DNA of 41,887 nucleotides from Candidatus Omnitrophota bacterium (GTDB lineage: Bacteria; Omnitrophota; Gorgyraeia; Gygaellales; Profunditerraquicolaceae), in NCBI GenBank assembly GCA_023818655.1, contig JAMWCI010000004.1, positions 1 to 41,887 of the forward strand, in the 5' to 3' direction. A program made the position numbers and the translations under genes. Positions 19,314 through 28,737 of this stretch are shown piece after piece; within the stretch, counting starts at the first letter, position 1, and every line of letters starts with the position of its first letter. Below the pieces are notes generated by a model. That model saw only the letters and a program-made list of their open reading frames with translations. It did no database searches and was not told the origin of the DNA.

Positions 19314-20485
19314 AGAGAATACCTATAATAGGCGCATCGGCAAGCATAAAAGAACTTCTTTGCGCTTTCAATTTTATCCGTAGCGTTGATATCTTGGCCG
19401 AATTTGAATCTGCCTTTCTTTGCTTTGCAGGGATGAGATATGTATATATATTTGATTCGGGAACCTCATCGTTTTATTTCATCTTGAGGTCATTAAAAGA
19501 AATATCTGCACGACAGGAGGTAATCCTTCCAGCATATACGGCCGGCAGTCTTGTGGTGGCAGTTTTAAAGGCGGGCCTGAAGCCTGTATTATGCGATGTG
19601 TCACTGGAGGATTTTAATGCCAGTATAGCGTCTGTCTTAGATTCTGTTTCTGAAAAAACATTAGCCATAGTTTGCGTACATAGTTTCGGAATTGGTATGC
19701 GCCATATTCAAGAGTTAAAATCTATGGTTCCTCCAGAGGTATTCATTATAGAGGATTGCGCCCAATCGCTGGGGACCAGAATAGGAGGCAGGATTACGGG
19801 CTCTTTTGGCGATGCGGCATTTTTTAGCTTCAAGCGCGGGAAAAATATGCCCATATGCGGCGGTGGATGCGTTCTTACCAATAATCCAGAGATAGCAGTT
19901 CTGATAGAGAAAAATATCTCCCTATTAAGCAGCAACAAGTTCTTATGCGATATATTAGCTCCCTTAAAAGCGCTCGCCTTTTCAATAGGCACCAATCCTT
20001 ATGTATACGGTCTATGCTTTGGATTATCCTCGTCTTTTAGAGAAACCACACCGCCAAAGAAGATAATACCTAGAAGGATAGAAGACTTTTATATCCGACT
20101 CGGGTTAATCCTTATGCGCAGGCAAGAGGATATTTTTGTAAAGCGGCATGAGAATGGCGTTTTTCTCCTTGAATCGTTGAATAATGTAGAAGGGGTTATC
20201 TTGCCAAAGGTAGACAAGCAGGTATATCCGGTGTTTAACCGCTTTCCGCTTTTATTTAAAGAGGTTAAACGACTGGAAAAAACACAAGTGTTATTGTGGA
20301 AGAGCGGTTTTGAGAGTTCTAGGATGTATGGCAGGCCGCTGTATGATATGTTTGATTTGGGGTGCAATGGCAGGGAATTCCCGAATGCCCGGTATCTGGC
20401 AGAGCATTTGTTGACCTTACCTGTGCATCCTGCCGTAGAGCGGCAAGCACTCTTAAGGTTAGCCGCAGTTATTAAAGAGAGATGA
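19307..20485 (+). CDS. DegT/DnrJ/EryC1/StrS-family PLP aminotransferase
   Basis: SGT, EVILPAYT, VH.FG, IIEDCAQSLG, FFSF.RGK (PLP Lys) and LTLP motifs. Start set to ATG 19307. Confidence 0.88.
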   Translation: MLKRIPIIGASASIKELLCAFNFIRSVDILAEFESAFLCFAGMRYVYIFDSGTSSFYFILRSLKEISARQEVILPAYTAGSLVVAVLKAGLKPVLCDVSLEDFNASIASVLDSVSEKTLAIVCVHSFGIGMRHIQELKSMVPPEVFIIEDCAQSLGTRIGGRITGSFGDAAFFSFKRGKNMPICGGGCVLTNNPEIAVLIEKNISLLSSNKFLCDILAPLKALAFSIGTNPYVYGLCFGLSSSFRETTPPKKIIPRRIEDFYIRLGLILMRRQEDIFVKRHENGVFLLESLNNVEGVILPKVDKQVYPVFNRFPLLFKEVKRLEKTQVLLWKSGFESSRMYGRPLYDMFDLGCNGREFPNARYLAEHLLTLPVHPAVERQALLRLAAVIKER

Positions 20486-21636
20486 TACAGCGAAGAAACC
20501 TAAAGAGATTTTTAGGAAAAAGTTTTACGCAACCAGGTTACGCCTTTAAAGTGTTTACAAAGCGCTTAAGGGCCTATGCTGCCTACAGATTAAGGAGTGG
20601 CCGTAGTAGTTATCCGGAATCATTGACTATGTTTTTAACCAACAGGTGCAATCTACGTTGTAAGATGTGTGGCCAATGGGGCGATGGCGGTATTACCAAA
20701 AGATATGCGTCGAGTATTATTCAATCCGAGATTGCGTTAGATAAGCTTTATTCATTAATTGACGATATTTTCTTTTTTAAGCCAAACATTACGCTTTTTG
20801 GAGGAGAGCCATTGCTTTATGGTAATTGCATAGAGTTGATAAGTTACATAAAACAGAAAAGGATGCACTGTCTGATGATTACCAACGGCACCCTCCTTAC
20901 AGAAAAAGCAAATGAGATTGTCGCAAGCGGATTGGATGAATTGAATGTCTCATTGGACGGCGCCGGCGATCTTCATGACCAGATTCGCGGAATGCCCGGA
21001 TTATTCGCTAAAATAACCAGCGGCTTAAGATGTATACACGATATTAAGAAGAGAAATTCATACAATAAACCTTATATAAACCTGCAGTGCGCAATCAGCA
21101 GATATAATTATACGGAGTTAGAGGAATTGATAGGCGTGGCAGAAGAAACCTTTGCTGACTCTTTAACCTTTCATAATCTTATTTTTATAAACAGCGAAAC
21201 TCTGGAGCGGCAAAAAAAATACGATTCTTTCTTGAATTGCGAATCAACTGCATGGGAGGGCTTTATATCTGAACCAGGTATAGACCCCGCTATCTTATAT
21301 AACAAGATGGATAAGATATTGTCAAAACAATATCCTTTCCGCGTAGAATTTTACCCGAATTTCTCTTATCAGGGATTGAGGGATTATTACAATAGAGCCA
21401 TTTATTTTCCTCCGGAATATAAAGCAAGATGCCTGAGTCCTTGGGTGGTAGCGTACATTTTCCCTGATGGAGAAGTCAGGCCGTGTTTAAACTCCAGCTA
21501 CTCCTACGGCAATATAAAAAAGGATAGACTTACCAAACTCTGGAATAACGAAAAGGCGGTTAAATTTCGCCTCTGGCTAAAAAAAAATAAATTGTTTCCT
21601 GTATGTTGCAGATGCACTGAATTGTATAGATACTAA
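20482..21636 (+). CDS. Radical SAM enzyme with SPASM/twitch domain
   Basis: CNLRCKMC, GGEPLL, TNG, SLDG..HD.IRG and CLSPW..DGEVRPC..GNI..C.RC motifs. Confidence 0.9.
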   Translation: MIQRRNLKRFLGKSFTQPGYAFKVFTKRLRAYAAYRLRSGRSSYPESLTMFLTNRCNLRCKMCGQWGDGGITKRYASSIIQSEIALDKLYSLIDDIFFFKPNITLFGGEPLLYGNCIELISYIKQKRMHCLMITNGTLLTEKANEIVASGLDELNVSLDGAGDLHDQIRGMPGLFAKITSGLRCIHDIKKRNSYNKPYINLQCAISRYNYTELEELIGVAEETFADSLTFHNLIFINSETLERQKKYDSFLNCESTAWEGFISEPGIDPAILYNKMDKILSKQYPFRVEFYPNFSYQGLRDYYNRAIYFPPEYKARCLSPWVVAYIFPDGEVRPCLNSSYSYGNIKKDRLTKLWNNEKAVKFRLWLKKNKLFPVCCRCTELYRY

Positions 21637-21654
21637 AAAACACTGCTGCGAGAT

Positions 21655-22809
21655 ATGGATAGATTAAAAATAGCGGAGGTAGTTACGCGTATGGACTGGG
21701 GAGGCTCGCCCGATATAATAATGACCATCTGTACGGCATTGGATAAAACCAGATACGATATAAAACTTATTATCGGACCCACAGAACATCCCAGCGTTTC
21801 TACAAAGAAATTCCTGGAGGAGTTTAAAAATAACCTCATTGTAGTGCCTTGGTTAAGGAGAGATATAAATCCGTGGCGCGATCTCTTTGCATTCTTTAGG
21901 CTGTACAGTATATTTCGCAGGGAAAAATTTTATTTAGTCCATACCCATACTGCAAAGGCCGGCGCTTTGGCAAGACCAGCGGCATATTTAGCCGGAACGC
22001 GCAGAATAATCCACATGCCGCACGGACATAATTTTTACGGATATTTCAATCCTGTCACAAGCAGGTTGCTTATTTTTATCGAGCGGTTCTTAAGCAGGTT
22101 TACAACAAAAATAGTTGTGCTGAGTGAGTCTGAGAAAAGAGACTTGGTGGAATTTGGAGTTGCGGAAAAAAGTAAAATCCGCGGCATCACCTCAGGTTTA
22201 TCCTTGGGGCCGAAAGACAGAGATAGTGATTTAAGAGAGAGTAAGAGAATGGAGTTTAATTTAAGTTCTGCCCAGAAAATAGTGGGAATGGTTTCGCGTT
22301 TAGAGCCAGTCAAGGGCCCAAGCTACTTCATAAGAGCAGTCAGAGGCATAGCAGAAGAGAATCCGCAAGTAAAATTCATTATAGTCGGAGATGGCAGTTT
22401 ACGCCGCAGGTTGGAAAGGGATGTCAAAAGGTGGGGATTGAACGGCAGGGTTATTTTTACGGGATGGAGAGATGATGTTTTGGATATAATTTCTTTTTTA
22501 GACATTTTGGTGCAGCCTTCGTTGAATGAAGCTATAGGCCGGGTGCTCATTGAGGCGCAGGGGATGGGGGTTCCTGTAGTGGCCACGAGGGTAGGTGGGA
22601 TACCAGAGGTTGTGAGAGAAAATATTACGGGATTACTTGTTCCTTCCAGAGATTCGGAGAAATTGAAATTGGCAATTTCCAGTCTTCTTAAAAATGAAAA
22701 GTTAAGAAACGCAATGTCTGCGGCTGCCAGAGAATGGGTGAGCGAAAGATTTTCTGTTAAAAAGATGGTCAGCGAAATCGATTCTATCTATAGTGAGGTA
22801 GCGCAGTGA
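21655..22809 (+). CDS. GT4 glycosyltransferase
   Basis: VHTHTAKAG, SRLEPVKG, PSLNEAIG..IEA and VGGIPE motifs. Confidence 0.92.
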   Translation: MDRLKIAEVVTRMDWGGSPDIIMTICTALDKTRYDIKLIIGPTEHPSVSTKKFLEEFKNNLIVVPWLRRDINPWRDLFAFFRLYSIFRREKFYLVHTHTAKAGALARPAAYLAGTRRIIHMPHGHNFYGYFNPVTSRLLIFIERFLSRFTTKIVVLSESEKRDLVEFGVAEKSKIRGITSGLSLGPKDRDSDLRESKRMEFNLSSAQKIVGMVSRLEPVKGPSYFIRAVRGIAEENPQVKFIIVGDGSLRRRLERDVKRWGLNGRVIFTGWRDDVLDIISFLDILVQPSLNEAIGRVLIEAQGMGVPVVATRVGGIPEVVRENITGLLVPSRDSEKLKLAISSLLKNEKLRNAMSAAAREWVSERFSVKKMVSEIDSIYSEVAQ

Positions 22810-23489
22810 TTGTCTCTGTGCATCAGCCGCAGTATCTTCCATGGCTGGGGTATTTTCATAAGATATGTCAGAGCGATATTTTTGTATTTCTGGATAATGT
22901 ACAGTATAAACACAGGGAGTATCAGAATCGCAACCGGATAAGGACGAGTAATGGTTGGATGTGGCTTACGGTCCCCATTATAAAAGGACATGCGTATCCC
23001 AATATCTCAGAAGTTTATATAGATAATTCTCAGGGATGGAGCAGGAAGCACTGGAGGGCCATTACCTTAAACTACGCCCAGGCGAGTTTTTTTAACACTT
23101 ATAAAAGTTTCTTTAACGACCTGTATGGGATGCAATGGGAGCGGTTGATAGATTTGAATATATACATTATAAAAAAGATTAACGAATTTCTGGGGATAAC
23201 TAAAAAAATATACTTTGAATCCGAGCTTAATATAAAAACAATTAATACGCAACGCATTATTGACATATGCAAGACCTTAAAGGCGGATACTTATCTTTCT
23301 GGAAGCGGAGGGAAAAACTATCTAAACGAGGAACTTTTTAGGAGTAATAATATTAAGCTGGTGTATCAAGATTTTAGACATCCCGAATATGCTCAACGCT
23401 ACCAAGGTTTCGTTCCTTTTATGTCTGCCATAGACCTCTTGTTTAACCACGGTCCGGATTCATTGCGTATCTTACTTAGTAGTACCTAA
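22806..23489 (+). CDS. WbqC-family protein
   Basis: HQPQYLPWLGYF, D.VQY, NRNRI, YLSG.GG.NY and S.IDLLFN.G motifs. Confidence 0.92.
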   Translation: MIVSVHQPQYLPWLGYFHKICQSDIFVFLDNVQYKHREYQNRNRIRTSNGWMWLTVPIIKGHAYPNISEVYIDNSQGWSRKHWRAITLNYAQASFFNTYKSFFNDLYGMQWERLIDLNIYIIKKINEFLGITKKIYFESELNIKTINTQRIIDICKTLKADTYLSGSGGKNYLNEELFRSNNIKLVYQDFRHPEYAQRYQGFVPFMSAIDLLFNHGPDSLRILLSST

Positions 23490-23616
23490 GAGTTTTGTTT
23501 TTGTTGAATGTGCTGTAGGATACGCACTAGGAGTTTTCGACACTCTGTGCCTAGCATATCTCAAAGTGTATTTAATGTAAAAAATATAACGCATTAGTAA
23601 GATTTTAAGAAAATGT

Positions 23617-23646
23617 TTGCTGTTAGTTCGATGGGTATGATATAAT
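23617..23646 (+). promoter_or_regulatory. Sigma70 promoter for the PIG-L/WecA-like pair
   Basis: TTGCTG, 18-nt spacer, extended -10 TGaTATAAT. AGAGG SD before ATG 23689. Confidence 0.65.
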
Positions 23647-23688
23647 AAAAAATAAATACTTATACTTAAATAAAAGGATATAGAGGTT

Positions 23689-24306
23689 ATGAATATCTTG
23701 GCAATTGGTTCTCATCCGGACGATATAGAGTTTGGTTGCGGCGGTTCCCTTCTAAAATATAGTAGAAACGGCCACTCTGTTTTCCTCTTAATCTTGACAG
23801 ATGGTAGTTTTGGAGGCAACCCTAAGATACGCATAAAAGAACAGGAGGCTGCCGCGAAGTTTATTAAGACAAAAAATATTTTCTGGGGTGGATTTAAAGA
23901 TACAGAATTAGTTGGCAGCAGGGAGTTGATATTAAAGATAGAAAGAGTGGTGCAGAGAGTTTCGCCGGATATTGTTTTCTTAAATTATTGGGACGATGTT
24001 CATCAGGATCATCGCGCCGCAGCCAGCGCCGGCGTATCTGCCACACGTTACATCAAAGAAGTTCTTTTTTACGAGGTTCCTACGACGCAGAATTTTACTG
24101 CGGATATTTTTGTAGATATAACCAGCGTACTTAAAAGCAAGCTGAAGTTACTCTCCATACACCGCTCGCAAGTATCTAAGACCGGAGTAGAGAAACTCTC
24201 TATCTTGGAAAGCGCCATCTCCTGCGCTAATTACCGGGGATTTCAAGCGCGGGTCAAGTATGCAGAGGGATTCAAGGCCTCCAGGTTTTTAATGGATATA
24301 GCATGA
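23689..24306 (+). CDS. PIG-L/LmbE-family N-acetylsugar deacetylase
   Basis: HPDDIE.G.GG, R..E, D.HQDH, H.SQ and YAEGF motifs. Confidence 0.92.
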   Translation: MNILAIGSHPDDIEFGCGGSLLKYSRNGHSVFLLILTDGSFGGNPKIRIKEQEAAAKFIKTKNIFWGGFKDTELVGSRELILKIERVVQRVSPDIVFLNYWDDVHQDHRAAASAGVSATRYIKEVLFYEVPTTQNFTADIFVDITSVLKSKLKLLSIHRSQVSKTGVEKLSILESAISCANYRGFQARVKYAEGFKASRFLMDIA

Positions 24307-25325
24307 TGATTGCAGTTTATTCTGCCTTAGCTTTTCTCCTGTCATTTTTTTTAACATATCTCTGTGAATGGCTCTCGTGGAGATTTAAAGTATTAGACCA
24401 TCCTGGCAACGATACGATACACAGCCATTCTACACCGCTTTTAGGAGGACTGGCTATATATCTTTCTTTTATGCTTACCGTATTTTTTCTCCTAAAAGAA
24501 GGAGGCCGTCCATACACCAGCTTATTCTTTGCAGCCACGATAATTTTTATAAGTGGATTAATAGATGATATAAGACCGCTTTCTTCCATAGTCAGGCTGC
24601 TTATCCAGATTATCGCTGCCAGCATCATCATAAAAGACGGTATTTGCTTTACATTCCTGTCGAATAATGTCGTAGGAATATTCGGAAATTATTTTTTATC
24701 CCTCTTCTGGATAGTGGGTATGACTAATGCCTTTAATTATCTTGACGGGCTAAATGGTTTGTTGGCTGGGGTATCTATTATAAGCGCCGGATTCTTTTTT
24801 ATATTTACGCATTTAACCAAACAAGTCATCTTGGGAGACATATTAGTTATTTTTATCGGTTCCTGTTTTGGTTTTTTCCCGCATAATTTTTTCCGCAATA
24901 AGATTTTTATGGGCAACGCGGGGAGTTACTGGATAGGGTTTATGCTGTCAGTGTTGGCTATAATAGGAGATTGGATAGTGGAAAGCAATCCGATAGACAT
25001 GATTATTCCTATTTTGATTTTCGCGGTGCCCATATACGACATCGCAACTACTACCCTTGAAAGGTTTATTTTTAAAAAGATAAGGAATATTGTGGAACTG
25101 TTTGAGTATAGAGGCAAAGACCACTTTCACTATAGATTGTCGCAAATAGGCTTAGGAAATAAAGGAGCGGTATTTTTTATTTTTCTTGTGTGTATTCTAC
25201 TTGGATTAAACGCCCTGCTATTAAAGTTATCCAGTAGTATGCTTAACGCCGGCATAATATTAAGCAGCAGCATTATATTTTTTATTCTCATATCATTGTT
25301 AATAATAACCCCGTATCAAAAATAA
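24303..25325 (+). CDS. WecA/TagO/MraY-family polyprenyl-phosphate HexNAc-1-P transferase (atypical motifs)
   Basis: D.P....H...TP.LGG, GLIDD, NAFNYLDGLNGL, HNF...IFMGNAGS and HFHYRL motifs. Confidence 0.88.
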   Translation: MMIAVYSALAFLLSFFLTYLCEWLSWRFKVLDHPGNDTIHSHSTPLLGGLAIYLSFMLTVFFLLKEGGRPYTSLFFAATIIFISGLIDDIRPLSSIVRLLIQIIAASIIIKDGICFTFLSNNVVGIFGNYFLSLFWIVGMTNAFNYLDGLNGLLAGVSIISAGFFFIFTHLTKQVILGDILVIFIGSCFGFFPHNFFRNKIFMGNAGSYWIGFMLSVLAIIGDWIVESNPIDMIIPILIFAVPIYDIATTTLERFIFKKIRNIVELFEYRGKDHFHYRLSQIGLGNKGAVFFIFLVCILLGLNALLLKLSSSMLNAGIILSSSIIFFILISLLIITPYQK

Positions 25326-25466
25326 AAAATTTGCGCAATAAATATTTTAGTTTTTTATACATCTTTACCAGAGACACACAAGAAAAGTTAAAGTCGTTTC
25401 CGAGGTTAGACTAGTAGGTCTTTTCTGATTTTGACGATTTTGTCATATCTTAAAGAAGGAGGGTAA

Positions 25467-25526
25467 GTGCTCTTTAAAAAGACGATGTTTCTATTTTTGT
25501 TATTAATTTGCGCTCGCGTTGTATAA
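25467..25526 (+). CDS. Candidate 19-aa hydrophobic small protein MLFKKTMFLFLLLICARVV
   Basis: AAGGAGG at 25456-25462, GTG at 25467, TAA at 25524-25526. Not in the ORF track. Confidence 0.35.
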   Translation: MLFKKTMFLFLLLICARVV

Positions 25527-25534
25527 AATTATAT

Positions 25535-25562
25535 TTGACTTCATTAAATTTTATGTTATACT
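25535..25562 (+). promoter_or_regulatory. Sigma70 promoter of rplM-rpsI
   Basis: TTGACT, 16-nt spacer, extended -10 TGtTATACT. Confidence 0.65.
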
Positions 25563-25571
25563 TTTTTTTCT

Positions 25572-26003
25572 ATGAAGAGAACATACACACCCAAGAAAAA
25601 AGATATACAGAGATGCTGGTATCTAGTAGATGCCAAGGATAAAATCCTTGGCAGGTTAGCGGCAAAGATTGCCTTAATCCTGCGCGGAAAACATAAGCCA
25701 ATATTTACTCCGCACCTTGATACCGGAGATGGAGTAATTGTCATTAATGCCGCCAAGATAAAGGTTACCGGAAGAAAGTTGCAGCAGAAGGTATACCGGC
25801 GTTATTCTGGGTATCCCGGAGGTTTAAGAGAAGTTAGTCTGGCAACTATGCTGGATAAGAAACCGACGGTAGTGGTAAAATTGGCAGTACAGCGGATGCT
25901 TCCCAAGGGCCCCATTGGTCGCAATTTAATTAAAAAGTTAAAGGTATATTCTGATGATAAGCATTATCATACCGCTCAGCATCCTGTGGTATTGGAGGTA
26001 TAA
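25572..26003 (+). CDS. rplM: 50S ribosomal protein L13
   Basis: W.LVDA...LGRLA, LRGKHKP.FTPH.D.GD and HTAQHP motifs. Confidence 0.99.
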   Translation: MKRTYTPKKKDIQRCWYLVDAKDKILGRLAAKIALILRGKHKPIFTPHLDTGDGVIVINAAKIKVTGRKLQQKVYRRYSGYPGGLREVSLATMLDKKPTVVVKLAVQRMLPKGPIGRNLIKKLKVYSDDKHYHTAQHPVVLEV

Positions 26004-26010
26004 TTCATAA

Positions 26011-26406
<396 letters not shown>

Positions 26407-26445
26407 TATGCTGTATAGTTAATAATTCATAGTTAAATATATAGA

Positions 26446-26480
26446 ATAAAAAGTCCCGCTGGACTAGCGGGATTTTTTAT
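26446..26480 (+). terminator. Intrinsic terminator after rpsI
   Basis: TCCCGCT-ggact-AGCGGGA stem followed by T6 and preceded by an A-run. Confidence 0.88.
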
Positions 26481-26498
26481 TTCCGACGATAAAAATAC

Positions 26499-26527
26499 TT
26501 GACTACCTATATTTTTTAGCTTAATAT
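26499..26527 (+). promoter_or_regulatory. Sigma70 promoter of the arg-lys run
   Basis: TTGACT-N17-TAATAT, with an extra TATAAT at 26533-26538. Confidence 0.55.
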
Positions 26528-26551
26528 GGGCGTATAATAAGAAAGAGGCAG

Positions 26552-27580
26552 ATGATGATTAACGTAGGAATTATAGGCGTTACTGGCTATGCCGGCGAGG
26601 AACTGCTGGATATCCTTCTTAGACATCCGCAAGTCCGGATAAGAAGTGTTTCGGCAAAGGTAGACAAACCCGTGAAGATTCAGGAGATATTTCCTAAATT
26701 TACGGGCAGGACAGATCTTTTTTGCAATACACCAGACCTTAAAGAGATAATCTCTTTATGCGATGTAGTGTTTCTGGCGTTGCCGCATACTGTCTCCATG
26801 GGGATAGTGCCAAGACTATTGCAGGCAGGCAAGCGGGTTATTGATTTGAGCGCGGATTTCCGCCTTAAAGACCTTAAAGTATACGAGAAGTTTTATCAGG
26901 TAAAACATACGGATAAAGACGATGTCAAAGACGCAGTTTATGGCTTGCCAGAACTTTACCGGCAGGATATTAAAACCGCAAAGCTTATCGCTAATCCCGG
27001 ATGTTATCCGACGGTAAGCATACTGGCGCTGGCTCCTCTGGTAGCGTTAGGATTTATCCAGACAGAGACCATTGTTATAGACGCAAAGTCAGGGGTCACC
27101 GGCGCAGGAAGAAAGATTGCTGAAGGATTTCTCTTTTCCGAGGTAAATGAAGACTTTAAGGCATATAAGGTGAATGTTCATCAGCACGCACCAGAGATTA
27201 ATCAGGAACTTTCCAAGCTGGCAGGCAAAAAGTTGAAAGTAACCTTTGTCCCGCATCTACTACCTTTAAACAGGGGGATTTTAGCGACCATATATGCGCA
27301 AAAAAACCAGAAGGTCGTCAATTCACAGGGTCAGAAGTTAATAAATTTATATAAGAAGTTTTATAAAAAAGAACCGTTTGTCAGGGTGCGGGAAGAAAGG
27401 GATTACCCGCGGTTAAAGGATGTGATCCATACCAATTTCTGCGATATCGCTATAAAAGAGGAAAAAGAGAGAGTAATCATCGTGGCAGCTATTGACAATC
27501 TTCTTAAAGGCGCTAGCGGCCAAGCAGTGCAAAATATGAATATAATGCATGGCTTCGGAGAGCAAACGGCGTTGGTATGA
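26552..27580 (+). CDS. argC: N-acetyl-gamma-glutamyl-phosphate reductase
   Basis: G.TGY.G, DLSADFR, ANPGCYPT, SGVTGAG and DNLLKGASGQAVQN motifs. Confidence 0.98.
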   Translation: MMINVGIIGVTGYAGEELLDILLRHPQVRIRSVSAKVDKPVKIQEIFPKFTGRTDLFCNTPDLKEIISLCDVVFLALPHTVSMGIVPRLLQAGKRVIDLSADFRLKDLKVYEKFYQVKHTDKDDVKDAVYGLPELYRQDIKTAKLIANPGCYPTVSILALAPLVALGFIQTETIVIDAKSGVTGAGRKIAEGFLFSEVNEDFKAYKVNVHQHAPEINQELSKLAGKKLKVTFVPHLLPLNRGILATIYAQKNQKVVNSQGQKLINLYKKFYKKEPFVRVREERDYPRLKDVIHTNFCDIAIKEEKERVIIVAAIDNLLKGASGQAVQNMNIMHGFGEQTALV

Positions 27581-28713
27581 AGGTATATAAGAAAGCAATT
27601 CTGCCTTTGGGGTTTGCTGCCTCTGCAGTCAGTTGCGGCATAAAGAAGTCAGGAAAGCCGGATCTTGCGCTTTTTTATTCTGATATATTCGCAAAGGCAA
27701 GTTGTAAATTCACCAAGAATTGTCTTGCCGCAGCTCCAATCAAGGTAAATAAAGAAATATTGAAGACAGGCAGAGATTTTCAGGCAATTATTGTCAATAG
27801 CGGTAATGCCAATGCCTTTACCGGTGTTATAGGGATAAAAGACACCAAGGAGATTTCTCGGTCTCTTGCTGGATATCTTGGGATAAGTTATAAAAACATC
27901 CTTTCCGCTTCCACTGGCATCATTGGCAGGCGTCTTCCGGTAGATAAGATAAAAAGGGTTATCCCAGCACTTGTGAGAAATTTATCTCTGGAAGGTATTA
28001 ACCAAGCCAAGAAGGCAATTTTGACCACAGACACCTTTGCCAAAGAGATAACCGTGCGTTTCCAGATAGGCAAGGTTACGGTAACAGTCTGTGGCATAGC
28101 CAAAGGCGCAGGGATGATTGCGCCAGATATGGCTACAATGCTGTGTTTTATTTTGACCGACGCCAACATCACCAAGAGGGCAATGGATAATGCGCTTTCA
28201 AAGGCAGTGGACAATTCCTTTAACTGTATAACCGTGGATGGTTGTATGAGCACTAATGACAGTCTGATGCTTTTAGCCAATGGCGCAAGCAATAACCATC
28301 TGATAGACCTTCATGCTAACTTTGACATATTTATGAGCGCATTGGGAAAGGTATGTCTTGAGTTGTCAAAGATGATTGTCCGGGATGCAGAAGGCGCGAC
28401 AAAATTTATCCGGATAACAGTAAAGGAGGCCGCAAGTTTTAAAGAGGCCAAGGCCGCGGCATTGGCTATTGCCAATTCCAATCTTTTTAAAACCGCTATT
28501 TATGGAGAAAATCCGAACTTTGGCCGTATTGTCGCTGCTATAGGCGCAAGCGGCGTCAGGGCAAGGGAGGATAAACTTAAAGTCAAGGTGAGCAATTTAA
28601 ACAGGAAAGATATTTTTGTGGATGTAAGCCTTGGTCAGGCAAAGGCATCGGCGACAATATACACTTCGGATTTAACGCCGGCTTACATTAAGATAAACGC
28701 CCGGTACAATTAA
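27577..28713 (+). CDS. argJ: Ornithine acetyltransferase ArgJ
   Basis: NSGNANA, STGIIG, KGAGMIAPDMATML (autocleavage Thr), STND and DAEGATK motifs. Confidence 0.97.
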   Translation: MKVYKKAILPLGFAASAVSCGIKKSGKPDLALFYSDIFAKASCKFTKNCLAAAPIKVNKEILKTGRDFQAIIVNSGNANAFTGVIGIKDTKEISRSLAGYLGISYKNILSASTGIIGRRLPVDKIKRVIPALVRNLSLEGINQAKKAILTTDTFAKEITVRFQIGKVTVTVCGIAKGAGMIAPDMATMLCFILTDANITKRAMDNALSKAVDNSFNCITVDGCMSTNDSLMLLANGASNNHLIDLHANFDIFMSALGKVCLELSKMIVRDAEGATKFIRITVKEAASFKEAKAAALAIANSNLFKTAIYGENPNFGRIVAAIGASGVRAREDKLKVKVSNLNRKDIFVDVSLGQAKASATIYTSDLTPAYIKINARYN

Positions 28714-28737
28714 TTGTGTTGGGTCGGAGAGGGATTT

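Noticed and set aside
21579-21587. A9 tract (also T8 at ~1261, G6 at ~6514) as phase-variation switches
   Set aside because: The genes are in frame, and such runs are expected in AT-rich Lys/Phe codons.
25380-25450. Possible riboswitch (c-di-GMP-like words on the minus strand)
   Set aside because: Conserved motif order and stems could not be assembled. An Rfam cmscan would be needed.
26480-26551. ArgR boxes upstream of argC
   Set aside because: The region is AT-rich but has no convincing tandem TGAAT-N-ATTCA palindromes.
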